A DNA stretch of 64,000 bases from an uncultured Pseudomonadales bacterium (GTDB lineage: Bacteria > Patescibacteriota > Microgenomatia > UBA1400 > PJMF01): contig CAYPPX010000002.1 of assembly GCA_964412775.1 (NCBI GenBank), forward strand, positions 78,152-142,151, given 5' to 3'. The translations under genes and the position numbers were made by a program. This document shows positions 28,158 through 41,788 of this stretch, piece by piece. The notes below the pieces were generated by a model. It was not told the origin of the DNA, ran no database searches, and saw only the letters and a program-made list of their open reading frames with translations. Position 1 is the stretch's first letter. Each line of letters begins with the position of its first letter.

Positions 28158-30836
28158 CTATTCTTGTTCTTCTTCTTTTTCAAGTTCACCAGTTAAGGCC
28201 ACGGCTACGACAGAATCTTCTGGTTTAAGTTTCATTAAGATTACGCCTTGAGTAGGTCTAGTCAAAGAAGGAATAGATTTTTTACTAATTGGTAAACGAA
28301 TAGTTTGACCTTCTTTAGTACTAATGACTACATCTTTGTGTGACTCATCAATGATTCTAGCAGTAGCTACATTTCCAGTTTTCTTGGTAATTTCAGAGAC
28401 TTTAACACCTAGCCCAGATCTCTTTTGGACTGGATACTGATCCAAAGTAGTACGTTTACCTAAGCCTCTCTCTGTGACCAGGAGTAAGGCTGTTTTACTA
28501 GTATAGTCGTTGTCGTTAGCAAAAGCCTCAACACCAACTACATAGTCACCTTTTTTCAAGGTAATCCCTTTGACACCTTTGGTATCTCGTTGAGAAGATT
28601 TGACTTCTTCTTCTGAAAAGCGAATTGATTTACCTTGGTAAGTAATTAACATAATGTGATCTTCACCAGAAGTAACTCTACCCCAAGATAACTCGTCATC
28701 ATCGTTGAGAATGATTGCTACAATGCCATTCTGGCGAATATTATCAAAAAGTTTGACGGCAGTTTTTTTGACTAGGCCATTTTTGGTTGCTAAAGTAATG
28801 AATTTTTCACCATCGTTTTCTTGATCAACCACTAGAATAGATTTGACACTCTCTTCTGGTTTTAAGTTGAGTAAGTTAACAATGGCTGTACCTTTAGCTT
28901 GTCTAGAAGCTTCTGGTAATTCAAAAGCTCTCATCTTGAAAACCCTACCCTGATTGGTAAACATCAAGAGATTATCATGTGTTTCACAGCTAACAACTGC
29001 TTGTAAAACATCTTCTTCTTTCATTTTTAGACCAGAACTACCTTTACCACCTCTAGATTGTGATCTTAAAGCACTGGGGCTCATTCTTTTGACGTAGCCA
29101 CTTTCGGTTAGGGTAATTACTGTAACTTCGTTGGCGACTAAGTCTTCTTCACTAAATTCACCAACTTTGCCTTTAACAAGCTTGGTACGGCGTTCATCTC
29201 CATAAAGCTCAATCATTTCTTCAGTTTCTTTGACTACCATATCAAGGATAGCTTGAGGAGCAATCAACAGTCTCAAAAGTTCATCCATCTTTTCTTTGAT
29301 GGCTTTATATTCATCTTCAATTTTTTGTCTTTCCAGAGCAGCCAAGCGTTTCAACTGCATTTCCAAGATAGCGACAGCTTGTTTTTCACTCAAGCCAAAT
29401 TTTTTCATTAAAGCTTCTCTAGCAGTATCTGTATCTTTAGATCTTCTAATCGTTTCAATGACTTCATCAAGGTTCTTGAGGGCAATGAGCAAGCCTTCCA
29501 AGATATGGGCTCGATCACGAGCTTCAGCCAGTTCATATTGAGATCTTCTGACGACAATTAGTTGACGATGAACGATATATTCTTTCAAGATTTGTCTAAG
29601 GTTCATCAACTGTGGAGTCCCTTCACTATCGAGGGCCACCATATTGACTGAAAAGGTAGATTGAAGTTCTGAATATTTAAAGAGTTTATTGAGGACTACT
29701 TTGGGTCTGGCATCTCTTTTGAGCTCAATCACCACTCTCATCCCTACACGGTCAGATTCATCTCTCAGGTTTCTAATACCTTCGATTTTATGATCGCGGA
29801 CTAAATCTGCGATCTTCATCAACATTCTAGCCTTATTTACTTGGTAAGGTAGTTCGGTGACAATGATGTTAAAGCCACCTTTCTTTTCTTCCTCGATAGC
29901 GGCTTTGGCTCTGACCACGACTCTACCTCGACCAGTACGGTAAGCTTCTTTGATTTCATTAAAGTCATACATGATACCAGCTGTTGGAAAATCTGGCCCT
30001 TGAACGTGAGTCATCAAGGTATCAAATTCAATTTCACTAGAAAACTCTCCAGCTAGATTTTCTGGTTTGGTAGCTAAAACTTTATCAATCGCTTCATTAT
30101 TGGCGAGATCACCTTTTTTAGTAATGTCTTTTTCAGTAATTACTTGTTCGGTTAGCTCCGATTTGCCTTGTTTGATCATGGCAATAACGGCATTACTAAT
30201 TTCGGTCAAGTTGTGAGGCGGGATTTTGGTGGCCATACCTACGGCAATCCCCTCTGAACCCATGAGTAATAAGTTTGGCAGTTTAGTTGGTAGGACTGAT
30301 GGCTCGGTTAGAGAACCATCAAAGTTTTCGACAAAAGGAACAGTCTCTTTATTAATATCAGCGAGCAATTCTTGAGAAATCTTTGCCAACCTAGCTTCGG
30401 TATAACGCATAGCAGCTGGGCTATCACCATCGACCGAGCCAAAGTTACCCTGACCATCAACTAATGGATAGCGCATACTAAAGTCTTGAGCCAACCGGAC
30501 CATAGCCATATAGACTGACGAATCACCGTGGGGGTGGTATTTACCCAAAACGTCTCCAACAATACGAGCTGATTTTTTATAAGCACTATTGTGGTGAATA
30601 CCACTTTTGTACATTGAATAAAGAATACGACGATGGACTGGTTTCATGCCATCTCTGACATCTGGTAAAGCTCTAGAAACGATCACACTCATGGCATAAT
30701 CTAGGTAAGATTTTTCCATTTCATCGACAATTGAGGTGTGTTTAACCTTCCCAAATTGGGTTTCTTCAATTGTTCCAATAATGGATTCACCATTTGTGAT
30801 TGTTTTTGCTTCTGGTAGCTTATTTTCTTCAGTCAT
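28158..30836 (-). CDS. gyrA: DNA gyrase subunit A
   Basis: [39 protein letters not shown] and C-terminal beta-pinwheel repeats. It has a roughly 25-aa N-terminal extension relative to E. coli. Confidence 0.9.
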   Translation of the reverse strand: MTEENKLPEAKTITNGESIIGTIEETQFGKVKHTSIVDEMEKSYLDYAMSVIVSRALPDVRDGMKPVHRRILYSMYKSGIHHNSAYKKSARIVGDVLGKYHPHGDSSVYMAMVRLAQDFSMRYPLVDGQGNFGSVDGDSPAAMRYTEARLAKISQELLADINKETVPFVENFDGSLTEPSVLPTKLPNLLLMGSEGIAVGMATKIPPHNLTEISNAVIAMIKQGKSELTEQVITEKDITKKGDLANNEAIDKVLATKPENLAGEFSSEIEFDTLMTHVQGPDFPTAGIMYDFNEIKEAYRTGRGRVVVRAKAAIEEEKKGGFNIIVTELPYQVNKARMLMKIADLVRDHKIEGIRNLRDESDRVGMRVVIELKRDARPKVVLNKLFKYSELQSTFSVNMVALDSEGTPQLMNLRQILKEYIVHRQLIVVRRSQYELAEARDRAHILEGLLIALKNLDEVIETIRRSKDTDTAREALMKKFGLSEKQAVAILEMQLKRLAALERQKIEDEYKAIKEKMDELLRLLIAPQAILDMVVKETEEMIELYGDERRTKLVKGKVGEFSEEDLVANEVTVITLTESGYVKRMSPSALRSQSRGGKGSSGLKMKEEDVLQAVVSCETHDNLLMFTNQGRVFKMRAFELPEASRQAKGTAIVNLLNLKPEESVKSILVVDQENDGEKFITLATKNGLVKKTAVKLFDNIRQNGIVAIILNDDDELSWGRVTSGEDHIMLITYQGKSIRFSEEEVKSSQRDTKGVKGITLKKGDYVVGVEAFANDNDYTSKTALLLVTERGLGKRTTLDQYPVQKRSGLGVKVSEITKKTGNVATARIIDESHKDVVISTKEGQTIRLPISKKSIPSLTRPTQGVILMKLKPEDSVVAVALTGELEKEEEQE

Positions 30837-30857
30837 ACTTTATTTTTTTCTCTCAAC

Positions 30858-31805
30858 TTATTGTTTTAATGCTTTTTCTATCGCTGGAGCAATTTCTTTT
30901 TTACGAGACATTTTAGGTCCAATATCCAAAGTATTAGCCACTACTTCTCCACCAAACGCTTGAACAGCAACTTTGGCTTCGGCTTCGCCCAGAATTAGGA
31001 GTTTGGTATTAACTTGCAAAATATCGGTGACGGCCACAAATAATAAATCGACTTGTTCTTTAGCCTTAACTTGTTGCATAGCAGTTAATAAATCTTGCTT
31101 TTTGTTATTAACCAAAACGGTTTGTTCAACTGTCTCTATCTGGTCAATAAAGACTTTTTGACCGAAATCAAAAACCTTGTAATCATTACGAACAATCTCT
31201 TCATCTGACAAAGCCGAGACGTTGGATTTAGCTTTGAAGATTTCTAGGGCAAAAGCATCAATATCAGTAATGCCAGCTAGCTCAGCTAGTTCCAGACCGA
31301 GTTCTTTATCTTTTGGAGTAGTGGTGGCTGATTTGAAACCAACTGTGTCAGACAAAATGGCAGCCAACATTAAACTAGCCAAAGTTTTATCTGGTTTAAC
31401 TTCATTCTTTTTCATCATGAAGTAAACGATCGTATTGGAAGAACCCCAAGTTTTGAAAGTCAAGAAGATTGGTTGGGAAAAGTTTAAGTTGGCTTTATGG
31501 TGATCAATGATTTCTACAATTTGGTCTGGGTTTAAGCCAGGCAAGCGTTGTGATTCCTCATTATGGTCAACCAAGACTACTTGATCATCAGCCATGATGT
31601 CAGTGCTAGTGATTTTTCTGGGTGCAGTTACACCAAATTTTTCAAATAAGAAAGTAGTCTCTGGGTTTAATGGATCGGCTACAACAGCCTCAGCATTGCT
31701 GCGACCGAAGCAGTCTTTTTGTTGGTAAAGATACTGAAGGGCCATTGCGGCCACTACGGAATCTGTATCTGGTTTGGTGTGTCCAATAACGTAAGTTTTT
31801 GCCAT
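30858..31805 (-). CDS. ppaC: Family II (Mn-dependent) inorganic pyrophosphatase, DHH-DHHA2
   Basis: IGHTKPDTDSVVAAMA, VLVDHNE, IDHHKAN, ILSDTVGFKSATTT, VTDIL and SRKKE all collinear with PpaC. Confidence 0.8.
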   Translation of the reverse strand: MAKTYVIGHTKPDTDSVVAAMALQYLYQQKDCFGRSNAEAVVADPLNPETTFLFEKFGVTAPRKITSTDIMADDQVVLVDHNEESQRLPGLNPDQIVEIIDHHKANLNFSQPIFLTFKTWGSSNTIVYFMMKKNEVKPDKTLASLMLAAILSDTVGFKSATTTPKDKELGLELAELAGITDIDAFALEIFKAKSNVSALSDEEIVRNDYKVFDFGQKVFIDQIETVEQTVLVNNKKQDLLTAMQQVKAKEQVDLLFVAVTDILQVNTKLLILGEAEAKVAVQAFGGEVVANTLDIGPKMSRKKEIAPAIEKALKQ

Positions 31806-31824
31806 ATTTTCCTTTTTTTATTAA

Positions 31825-33843
<2,019 letters not shown>

Positions 33844-33893
33844 CTAAATTTAGAGCCTTATTTGTATCATATTCTCAAGAGAAAATGAAGCTT

Positions 33894-34601
33894 CTAATTA
33901 CCTTTTGATATAGATGTTTCGTTTAAATAATGTTTTTTTATTGTAAATAAACAATCTTCAATTACGAGTTTCACATTACCATTTTTTTTCCATGATTCAA
34001 GGGCTTGACGAAGTTTATTGAGGGCAAAACCTGAGTTTTGCTGGTTAGCTAAAAGCTGGCTGAGGACGAAAGTTAAGTGTTTATTTCTTTGTTCATCCTT
34101 TTGCCAATATTCTGCTAAGTCTATTAATTGATAGAACTTAAAGGCATTGGGTTGATGACAAAAGCTGATGGTTGTTTCAATATGTTCAGCCAAGTTTGTG
34201 GTATCTTTTTTAGTGTCAGTTAGTAGAACCTCGTTGCATCTAGAAAGAATGGTGGGTAATAACTGGTGACCAGTGGTAGCAACTAGCACTAATAAGATAT
34301 TCTTAGGTGGTTCTTCTAGAATTTTGAGTAAAGCATTTTGAGCTGGCAAACTAGCCTTCTCTGCCCCACATAAGATATAAGCTGTTTGTTCTTGGCTGGT
34401 TCTAGCAAAGCTAGTTTGGTTAATTAAGTCTCTTACTAACTCAATTGGTAAGTTTTCTTCAGTTTGATTTAAAAAAATTGGTTGGTAGTTAGGATAGAAA
34501 TCAGCTAAGTATTTTTGGGCCAATGATTGATGTGATCCACTATCTGGTACAGTCAGCAAAACTGATATAGTAAGGTCGGTTTCGAAGCCTTTTTTTCTCA
34601 T
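33894..34601 (-). CDS. holB: DNA polymerase III delta-prime subunit (short form, 235 aa)
   Basis: ALLKILEEPP and the sensor motif LPTILSRC; no intact Walker A. Confidence 0.65.
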   Translation of the reverse strand: MRKKGFETDLTISVLLTVPDSGSHQSLAQKYLADFYPNYQPIFLNQTEENLPIELVRDLINQTSFARTSQEQTAYILCGAEKASLPAQNALLKILEEPPKNILLVLVATTGHQLLPTILSRCNEVLLTDTKKDTTNLAEHIETTISFCHQPNAFKFYQLIDLAEYWQKDEQRNKHLTFVLSQLLANQQNSGFALNKLRQALESWKKNGNVKLVIEDCLFTIKKHYLNETSISKGN

Positions 34602-34630
34602 AAGTATTGTGTCATTATATTCTATGAATT

Positions 34631-36403
34631 ATGTCAGGGCCTGTCCAACCTACTACATCGGCTTCTATTGCTGTTACTCCACAGCATTTTTTGGATGTGC
34701 TTGTTGCGGACAAGTTGCTCACTGAAGCTCAAGTTAGTCAATTGCGCAATGAACAGTTACAAAATAATAAGTCTTACGAAGAGTTACTTTTAGATCAAAA
34801 ACTAGTTAGTGAACTAGATTTAACTAAAGCCAAAGCTAAGTTTAATAATATTCCTTTTATTAAAATTTCAGACACCAGTATTTTGCCCGAGGCACTTAAC
34901 TTGGTTGGTGAGAGTGTAGCCAAAAGATATAAACTTTTGCCTTTGTCTTACGATGAAAACAGCAAAATCCTCAAAGTCGCTATGGAGGACCCCTTAGATC
35001 TGGGGGCAATTAGTTTTTTGAAGCAAAAAACTGGAGCAACCATAGATGTTTATGCGGCTATTCCTTCTGAGTTACAAGAAGCTTTAGCAGAACGTTACTC
35101 TGAGGATATTTCTAGTGAAGTTGATCAAGCTTTGGAGCAAACTACAGGTCCTACTGACCGAGTGGTTAGACAACAAAATGCTGCTTTGAAATCTGAAGTA
35201 GTGCGCGATGCTCCGATCAATAGAATCGTTGAGACTATTCTAGATTTTGCTTTGAAAGCTAGGGCTTCAGATGTTCATATCGAGCCACAACCTGGTAAAA
35301 CCAGAATTCGTTACCGTATCGATGGTATCTTGACTGAAAAATTAGTTTTACCTAGAACGGTCCATGAAGCGGTGGTATCTCGTATCAAGATTATTGCTAA
35401 TCTAAAGATTGATGAACGCCGAGTGCCCCAGGATGGTCGGTTTAACTATGCAGCCGAATCTAGGGAAATTGATTTGCGTGTTTCTACTTTACCGACTATT
35501 CATGGAGAAAAAGTTGTGATGCGTTTATTGGAGAAAAATACAGTTGTTCCCACTCTCCAAGAATTGGGTATTTCTGGATTAGGTCTGAAAAATCTAACCG
35601 ATGCCATGAAAATTACTAGAGGAATTGTGCTAGTAACTGGTCCGACTGGTTCTGGTAAAACAACTACTCTTTATTCTGTGCTTCACGACATCAACACGCC
35701 CAAAGTCAATATTATGACGATTGAGGATCCAGTCGAGTATCAGATGCCAGGAATTAGTCAGGTCCAAGTTAATGGTCAAGCGGGACTAACTTTTGCCACT
35801 GGTTTGAGATCATTTTTGAGACAAGATCCAGATATTATTATGGTTGGAGAAATTCGTGATACAGAAACGGCTGATCTAGCTATTCAAGCTTCACTAACTG
35901 GTCATTTGGTCTTCTCTACCCTCCATACTAATTCGGCTGCTGGAGCAATTCCTCGTTTAATTGATATGGGAGCAGAATCATTTTTGTTAGCTTCGACAAT
36001 CACTCTAGTTATGGCTCAGCGGGTAGTCAGAAGAATTAATAAAGATTATGTTGAAGAATATAAGCCTGCCCAACCAGTATTGGATGATATCAAACAAGTT
36101 TTGGGTGAAAGATATTTACAGTGGTGTCAGGTTAATAAAAAAGATCCAGAGAACCCAGTGCTTTACCGTCCAAGTGAAAATAGACCTGCTACAGAGCCAG
36201 ATTATATAGGCAGAATTGGAATTTATGAGGTGTTACCAGTTGATGAGGAGATTAGCCGAATGATTACTGAAAAAAAGACTGATGCAGAAATTGAAAAAGT
36301 AGCTCTAACCAAAGGAATGTTGTTAATGAAACAAGACGGTTACATTAAAGCGCTGGAAGGTGTAACCACGATTGAAGAAGTATTGCGCGTAGCGGAAGCC
36401 TAA
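34631..36403 (+). CDS. pilB: Type IV pilus assembly ATPase PilB (GspE family)
   Basis: N-terminal GSPII_E_N-like domain, Walker A GPTGSGKTTTLYSVL and the Asp/His boxes. Confidence 0.85.
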   Translation: MSGPVQPTTSASIAVTPQHFLDVLVADKLLTEAQVSQLRNEQLQNNKSYEELLLDQKLVSELDLTKAKAKFNNIPFIKISDTSILPEALNLVGESVAKRYKLLPLSYDENSKILKVAMEDPLDLGAISFLKQKTGATIDVYAAIPSELQEALAERYSEDISSEVDQALEQTTGPTDRVVRQQNAALKSEVVRDAPINRIVETILDFALKARASDVHIEPQPGKTRIRYRIDGILTEKLVLPRTVHEAVVSRIKIIANLKIDERRVPQDGRFNYAAESREIDLRVSTLPTIHGEKVVMRLLEKNTVVPTLQELGISGLGLKNLTDAMKITRGIVLVTGPTGSGKTTTLYSVLHDINTPKVNIMTIEDPVEYQMPGISQVQVNGQAGLTFATGLRSFLRQDPDIIMVGEIRDTETADLAIQASLTGHLVFSTLHTNSAAGAIPRLIDMGAESFLLASTITLVMAQRVVRRINKDYVEEYKPAQPVLDDIKQVLGERYLQWCQVNKKDPENPVLYRPSENRPATEPDYIGRIGIYEVLPVDEEISRMITEKKTDAEIEKVALTKGMLLMKQDGYIKALEGVTTIEEVLRVAEA

Positions 36404-36410
36404 TAAAACT

Positions 36411-37487
36411 ATGCAACAAGGAACAAAAGATTCAACCATGAGGGCTATTTTAGACCTGTTGGTGTCACAAGGTGGCTCAGACTTACATTTGATTGTAGGG
36501 GTTGTGCCAACAATTAGAGTTAATGGCCGACTTTATCCAGTGAGTAACATGCCTCCACTTGATTTTGAAACAGCCAAAAAATTAATTTTTTCATTGGTTG
36601 ATGATGACCAACGTGAATATATTATTGCTAACAAAGAGCTTGATTTTAGTTACCAACATAATGATGGAGCTAGGTTTAGAGTCAATGTTTATCATGAGAG
36701 AAGTAATATCTCGGCCGCCTTAAGATTTATTCCTTCAAAAATCAAGACCATTGATGAGCTCAACTTACCTTCAATTTTTCACCAATTTACTCAATACCCA
36801 CAAGGCTTAGTTTTAATTACTGGGCCAACTGGTGAAGGCAAATCTACTTCTTTAGCTGCGATGATTGATGAAATTAATCACACCAGAGCTGAACATATCT
36901 TAACGATCGAAGACCCGATTGAATTTGTTTACTCTCATGATAAAAGTATTATTTCTCAACGTGAAGTGAGCCGTGATACCAACTCTTGGGACATGGCATT
37001 GAGATCAGCCTTGAGAGAAGATCCAGATGTGGTGCTGATTGGTGAAATGCGTGACTTTGAGACGATTGCCTCGGCCATTACCATTGCCGAAACAGGTCAT
37101 TTAGTTTTTGCTACTCTCCATACTGCCACAGCTGCGCAAACAATTGATCGTATTGTTGATGTTTTTCCGGCTCACCAACAAAGCCAAATTAGAATGCAGC
37201 TAGCTGGAACTTTACAAGCAGTTGTTTCACAACGCTTAGTAACTAAGGTCGATAGTGAATTAGCTGCGACTGTCGAGATTATGATTGCCAACTCAGCGGT
37301 CAGAAGTTTAATCAGAGAAGGAAAAACTCACCAATTAGATAGTGTAATCCAAACTTCTGGTCAAGAAGGGATGATGTTATTTGAAATGCATTTATCTCAA
37401 TTAATTCAACAAGGCTTAATTACCAAAGAAACAGCTTTGAGGAAAGCTTTTAGACCAAAAGAATTGTTAAGGTTAATTGGAGATTAG
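36411..37487 (+). CDS. pilT: Pilus retraction ATPase PilT
   Basis: GPTGEGKSTSLAAMID, HLVFATLHT; 358 aa. Confidence 0.85.
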   Translation: MQQGTKDSTMRAILDLLVSQGGSDLHLIVGVVPTIRVNGRLYPVSNMPPLDFETAKKLIFSLVDDDQREYIIANKELDFSYQHNDGARFRVNVYHERSNISAALRFIPSKIKTIDELNLPSIFHQFTQYPQGLVLITGPTGEGKSTSLAAMIDEINHTRAEHILTIEDPIEFVYSHDKSIISQREVSRDTNSWDMALRSALREDPDVVLIGEMRDFETIASAITIAETGHLVFATLHTATAAQTIDRIVDVFPAHQQSQIRMQLAGTLQAVVSQRLVTKVDSELAATVEIMIANSAVRSLIREGKTHQLDSVIQTSGQEGMMLFEMHLSQLIQQGLITKETALRKAFRPKELLRLIGD

Positions 37488-37493
37488 AAAACT

Positions 37494-38690
37494 ATGCCAG
37501 TTTTTTCTTATTCAGCCAAAAACCAGCACGGAGAAAGTGTTAAGGGGAAAGTAGAAGCTGCCGATCAAAGTCAGGCGGCTACTATTTTGATGAATAGAAA
37601 TTTATTGGTGGTGGATATTTCTTCAGTTAGCCAATCAATGTTTGTTTCAAGACTGCTAAACAAAGTTAAACATGAAGATTTGGTAAATTTTACTAGGCAG
37701 TTGGCGACAATGATTGATGCTGGTTTACCTTTGGCTACGGGTTTAAGTATTTTGAAAGAACAAAATAATCCGGCCATGGCAGATGTGGTAAGTGGTTTAC
37801 TGCGAGAAGTAGAAAGTGGTAGCACTTTTGCTAAAGCTTTGGAGAAACAACCAGATGTATTTGATCGTATTTATGTTCAGTTGGTTAAGGCTGGTGAGGT
37901 CGGTGGTGTGTTAGATAAAGTGTTGGACAAACTAGCTGAAAATTTGGAGAAAGATAAGGAATTTAGAGCTAAAACCAAAGGGGCGATGATTTATCCAGTG
38001 ATTGTGTTTATTGCTATGCTGGTGGTTGGTTTTGTGATGATGGTCTTTGTGATTCCCAAATTAACCGATATGTACTCTGACTTTGGGGCTGAATTACCTT
38101 TACCTACCTTGATTTTGATGTCGATTGCTAACTTTATGGCCAAATTCTGGTGGTTAATCTTGATGATTGTTGGTGGCATTGTGGCAGCCTTAAGAAGTTG
38201 GAACCAAACCAAAACCGGCCAGAGAAAAATTGATGAATTTTTATTTAAGGTGCCGATTATTGGAGACTTGAGACAAAAAATTATTTTGACTAGTTTTGCT
38301 AGAACATTATCTTTGTTATTAAATTCTGGTGTTCCGTTATTGAGTGCGTTGATTATTGTCGCAGAGTCGATGGATAGTATTTTGTATCGAGAAGCGATGC
38401 AAAGTATCAGTAAAAAAATCGAAAAAGGTGTCTCTTTGGCTAGGGCAATTTCTATTTTTGAGCTCTTCCCTTCGATCTTGCATCAGATGATCTCTGTGGG
38501 TGAAGAGACCGGTAAAATCGATGAGGTATTGTTAAAGTTATCAAAATATTTTGAATCAGAGAGTGAACAAGCAGTGAAAAACCTAACCTCAGCTATGGAA
38601 CCATTGATCATGGTGGTATTGGGTATTGGTGTCGGAGCAATGGTAATTGCGATTATTATGCCGATCTATAGTTTGACCAGTCAATTCTAG
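37494..38690 (+). CDS. pilC: Type IV pilus inner-membrane platform protein PilC (GspF family)
   Basis: Two GspF repeats; 3 TM helices; position after pilB-pilT. Confidence 0.8.
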   Translation: MPVFSYSAKNQHGESVKGKVEAADQSQAATILMNRNLLVVDISSVSQSMFVSRLLNKVKHEDLVNFTRQLATMIDAGLPLATGLSILKEQNNPAMADVVSGLLREVESGSTFAKALEKQPDVFDRIYVQLVKAGEVGGVLDKVLDKLAENLEKDKEFRAKTKGAMIYPVIVFIAMLVVGFVMMVFVIPKLTDMYSDFGAELPLPTLILMSIANFMAKFWWLILMIVGGIVAALRSWNQTKTGQRKIDEFLFKVPIIGDLRQKIILTSFARTLSLLLNSGVPLLSALIIVAESMDSILYREAMQSISKKIEKGVSLARAISIFELFPSILHQMISVGEETGKIDEVLLKLSKYFESESEQAVKNLTSAMEPLIMVVLGIGVGAMVIAIIMPIYSLTSQF

Positions 38691-38781
38691 TCGAGTAAGT
38701 ATTTTTACAACTACTTGTATTCAACTCAAGAAATAGTTTATAGTGGTATCTAGTGTAAAAACACGAAGGGATGTAACTAAT

Positions 38782-39414
38782 ATGAAAAGGCTTTTTTCAC
38801 TTTTCAATCAGATGAAACAACAAGCTGGTTTTACCATGATTGAGTTGTTAATCGTGATTGGTATTTTAGGAATTTTGGCAGTAGCTGTTTTAGCTGCTAT
38901 CAATCCAATTGAGCAGATCAACAGAGGTCGTGATACTGGTAGTCGTTCTGATTCAGAACAGCTCATTAGTGCAATTGATCGTTACTATGCTTTTAATGGT
39001 TACTATCCATGGCAAACTGGTGCTGCTGATACTGGTAATGTCGCTTTGGCTTGGGTACATTTCGAAGATGCCGTTTTGACTGATAGTGGTGGTTCTTGTA
39101 CCGTGGCCGAGAAACTTGGAACTGCACAGAATGCTGGTTGTACTGGTTCTGATGAGTTAAAACAAAGTTTCATCGAAAGAGTTTCTGCTTCCACTTATAA
39201 CTACATTTATCTTTACAATAATGGCGATCAAGGTAGTAGTACTTACGCCTGTTTTGCGCCAAAGTCTAATGCTTTTGTGCAAGAAGTTGAAACTAGACTT
39301 GATCCTGACAATGATGACACTTTGGATAACTATCCAGCTGATTATCCAGCATCTGATGCAATCGGTAACACTACTCAATGTGGTAGCTCTGGAAACTGTG
39401 TCTGTATTCCTTAA
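38782..39414 (+). CDS. Type IV pilin (major pilin candidate)
   Basis: Class III signal ...QQAG/FTMIELLIVIGILGILA with Glu at +5. C-terminal Cys cluster CGSSGNCVCIP. Start chosen at the ATG preceded by a gaaggg SD. Confidence 0.75.
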   Translation: MKRLFSLFNQMKQQAGFTMIELLIVIGILGILAVAVLAAINPIEQINRGRDTGSRSDSEQLISAIDRYYAFNGYYPWQTGAADTGNVALAWVHFEDAVLTDSGGSCTVAEKLGTAQNAGCTGSDELKQSFIERVSASTYNYIYLYNNGDQGSSTYACFAPKSNAFVQEVETRLDPDNDDTLDNYPADYPASDAIGNTTQCGSSGNCVCIP

Positions 39415-39489
39415 GTTTGATAATATTAGACTAATAAAAAGCGGTCCTAGTGACCGCTTTTTTAGTTGATAAGGTTGTATACTTAAATA

Positions 39490-40314
39490 ATGAATCTTTT
39501 TGTATTTCTGGTTGGCTTGTTGGTCTTTTTTTTAGGAGCATCAATTGGCAGTTTCTTGAATGTCTTAATTTACCGATCTATTCGTGGGCAAGACTGGGTT
39601 AAAGCCAGATCTGTTTGTGAACATTGTAAACATAAAATTAGTTGGTATGAAAATATCCCTATTTTTTCTTATTTATTTCTTGGTGGTAAATGCTCTGCTT
39701 GCAAGAAAAAAATTGATTTAGTTCACCCTCTAATTGAGTTGCTGACTGGGAGTTTATTTTTATGGTGGTATGCCGCTGGTTTCCTATTTTTCAAACTGAC
39801 AACTGCGCCTCTACTCTACCTCCAGCCGTTATTTTGGTTAGTTGTTTTAATTATTTTTATTGCGATTTTAATTAGCGACTTGAAATACCAAATTATTCCT
39901 AATTGGTCAGTAGGTTTACTTTTTTTAGCAGTGGTACTTTATCGCTTTGTTTTATTGACTACAGGTGAGATGCAATGGGCTGACTTTATGGGTAGTCTTA
40001 TTGGAACTATTAGTTTGACTAGTTTTTTCTTTGGTTTATGGTTTTTGACAAAAGGCAATGGTTTTGGTTTTGGTGATGTTAAATTAGCTGTGCCGTTGGG
40101 TTTAATTCTAGGTTCTTGGCAAAGGATTGTGGTGATGAGTTTCTTGGCTTTTACTCTGGGGGCAGTGGTGGGTTTATTTTTATTACTTATTGGTAAAAAA
40201 AAGTTTGGTCAAACAGTGCCATTTGGTCCATTTTTACTAGTGGCAACAGGTTTGAGTTTAGTCTGGGGATATGAAATTTGGGCTGAATATGTCAAACTAG
40301 TTTTAGGTAATTGA
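39490..40314 (+). CDS. pilD: Prepilin peptidase PilD (A24 family)
   Basis: Zinc-binding CEHC...CSAC tetracysteine and a polytopic membrane domain with GFGDVKL. Confidence 0.85.
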   Translation: MNLFVFLVGLLVFFLGASIGSFLNVLIYRSIRGQDWVKARSVCEHCKHKISWYENIPIFSYLFLGGKCSACKKKIDLVHPLIELLTGSLFLWWYAAGFLFFKLTTAPLLYLQPLFWLVVLIIFIAILISDLKYQIIPNWSVGLLFLAVVLYRFVLLTTGEMQWADFMGSLIGTISLTSFFFGLWFLTKGNGFGFGDVKLAVPLGLILGSWQRIVVMSFLAFTLGAVVGLFLLLIGKKKFGQTVPFGPFLLVATGLSLVWGYEIWAEYVKLVLGN

Positions 40315-40315
40315 T

Positions 40316-41350
40316 ATGAGAGTTCTTAAGTTATTTTTTACATCGCTAGTTGTTCTACTTATAGTCGGTGTAGTTGGTGGTTTAATCAGTCGAGAAATTT
40401 TGTTATCTATTGCTTTAAATCAGTTAAAAAGTGATATTAGATATTTTGGTAAAACTTCTACAGCTAGTGGTGAGTTTTTTAAAAATTGTTTGGAATACAG
40501 TGGTTCTTTTGATTCAGATGGTTCAATTATCAGAAACCAAGTTAGATTTACTTCTCCATCAGATTATGTCTTGGAAAGTGTGTGTATTGCTTCAGAATCA
40601 GTTAGAAAAATCATCAAAAATAAATCATTACCACCGTTAGTTAGAAGAGCAACCGGAAGCTCTGGTTTAGTTTATGGTAAAAGTGGTTATGGTTTAGAAG
40701 TAACGATCTTTGGTCGTTCTGGTGTTGTTTATGAAGAAGAAAATGTAGTGTTTTCTACCACTAAATTTGCTGATCTTGGTGTAATTTTAAATGATGGTCC
40801 AGCTACTGTTTGTAGTGGCTATGGTTATCTGTGTTGTGATGAAAATTTTCAATCTGGTCAGGATTTTTACCAACCAAATGCTTTAGATTGTCCCCGTTCT
40901 TGTTATGCCAGTTGTACTGAAAAACCAGTTGTTTTGACTTTTAATTCAGAGCCAGCTGCTGATGAAACAAAAATAGTTACTTTAAATTCTGGTGATTTTA
41001 TCGAGTTTATTTATACAGTCAGCGATATTAATGGTGATGCTTTTTCCAATGATAATCTTTTTGGCAAAGAAGCTGAAACTTTGGGTTGGTTGGATAAATT
41101 GCTGAAAATTTTAAATAAATACTCTGACCAAGGGATTACACCTAAAGATGAAATTGACACAGTTACTATCTCTTTTGGTGATGGAACCTCACAACGACTA
41201 CTGGATTTGCATGGTCGAGTGGAACACACTTATACTTGTAATAGTAAATCTGTTTGTGTTTACAATGTAACTATTCAAGCAATAACTAAGCAAGGAGTGT
41301 TGTCAACCTTGGATGGAGTATCAAAAATGCAAATACAGGTTAGAAACTAA
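40316..41350 (+). CDS. Hypothetical membrane-anchored Cys-containing extracellular protein in the pilus operon
   Basis: N-terminal TM helix; several Cys pairs (CSGYGYLCCDE, CPRSCYASC). Confidence 0.45.
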   Translation: MRVLKLFFTSLVVLLIVGVVGGLISREILLSIALNQLKSDIRYFGKTSTASGEFFKNCLEYSGSFDSDGSIIRNQVRFTSPSDYVLESVCIASESVRKIIKNKSLPPLVRRATGSSGLVYGKSGYGLEVTIFGRSGVVYEEENVVFSTTKFADLGVILNDGPATVCSGYGYLCCDENFQSGQDFYQPNALDCPRSCYASCTEKPVVLTFNSEPAADETKIVTLNSGDFIEFIYTVSDINGDAFSNDNLFGKEAETLGWLDKLLKILNKYSDQGITPKDEIDTVTISFGDGTSQRLLDLHGRVEHTYTCNSKSVCVYNVTIQAITKQGVLSTLDGVSKMQIQVRN

Positions 41351-41353
41351 CTT

Positions 41354-41788
41354 ATGAAAAAAAAACAAGCTGGTTTTAGTTTATTAGAATTATTAGTGGT
41401 AATCTCGATTATGGGTATCTTAATTGCTTTGGGAACGGTGGCTTTTAGTACGGTACAGAAAAAAGGTCGTGATTCCAGAAGAAGAGCTGATATCAAGGCC
41501 ATGCAGGATGCTTTTGAGCAATATCGAGCTGATAATACTGGTTATGAAGCTTGTACAACTATGGCCAGTTATGACAGTGGTTCTGGACCAATTATGCCTG
41601 GTGGTTTACCAACTGATCCCAAAAATGCCGATACCTATATATACAATACCAGTGATGGTTGCGACGCAACTGGTTATTGTATTTGTGCAGCGATGGAAGG
41701 TGGTATAGGCAATGCTGATGCTGCTACTGGCACCAGCTGTAATTTTTCTTCGAGCGGTAGTTATTATTGTTTAACCAACTTACAATGA
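41354..41788 (+). CDS. Prepilin-type minor pilin/pseudopilin
   Basis: MKKKQAG/FSLLELLVVISIMGIL. Confidence 0.75.
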   Translation: MKKKQAGFSLLELLVVISIMGILIALGTVAFSTVQKKGRDSRRRADIKAMQDAFEQYRADNTGYEACTTMASYDSGSGPIMPGGLPTDPKNADTYIYNTSDGCDATGYCICAAMEGGIGNADAATGTSCNFSSSGSYYCLTNLQ

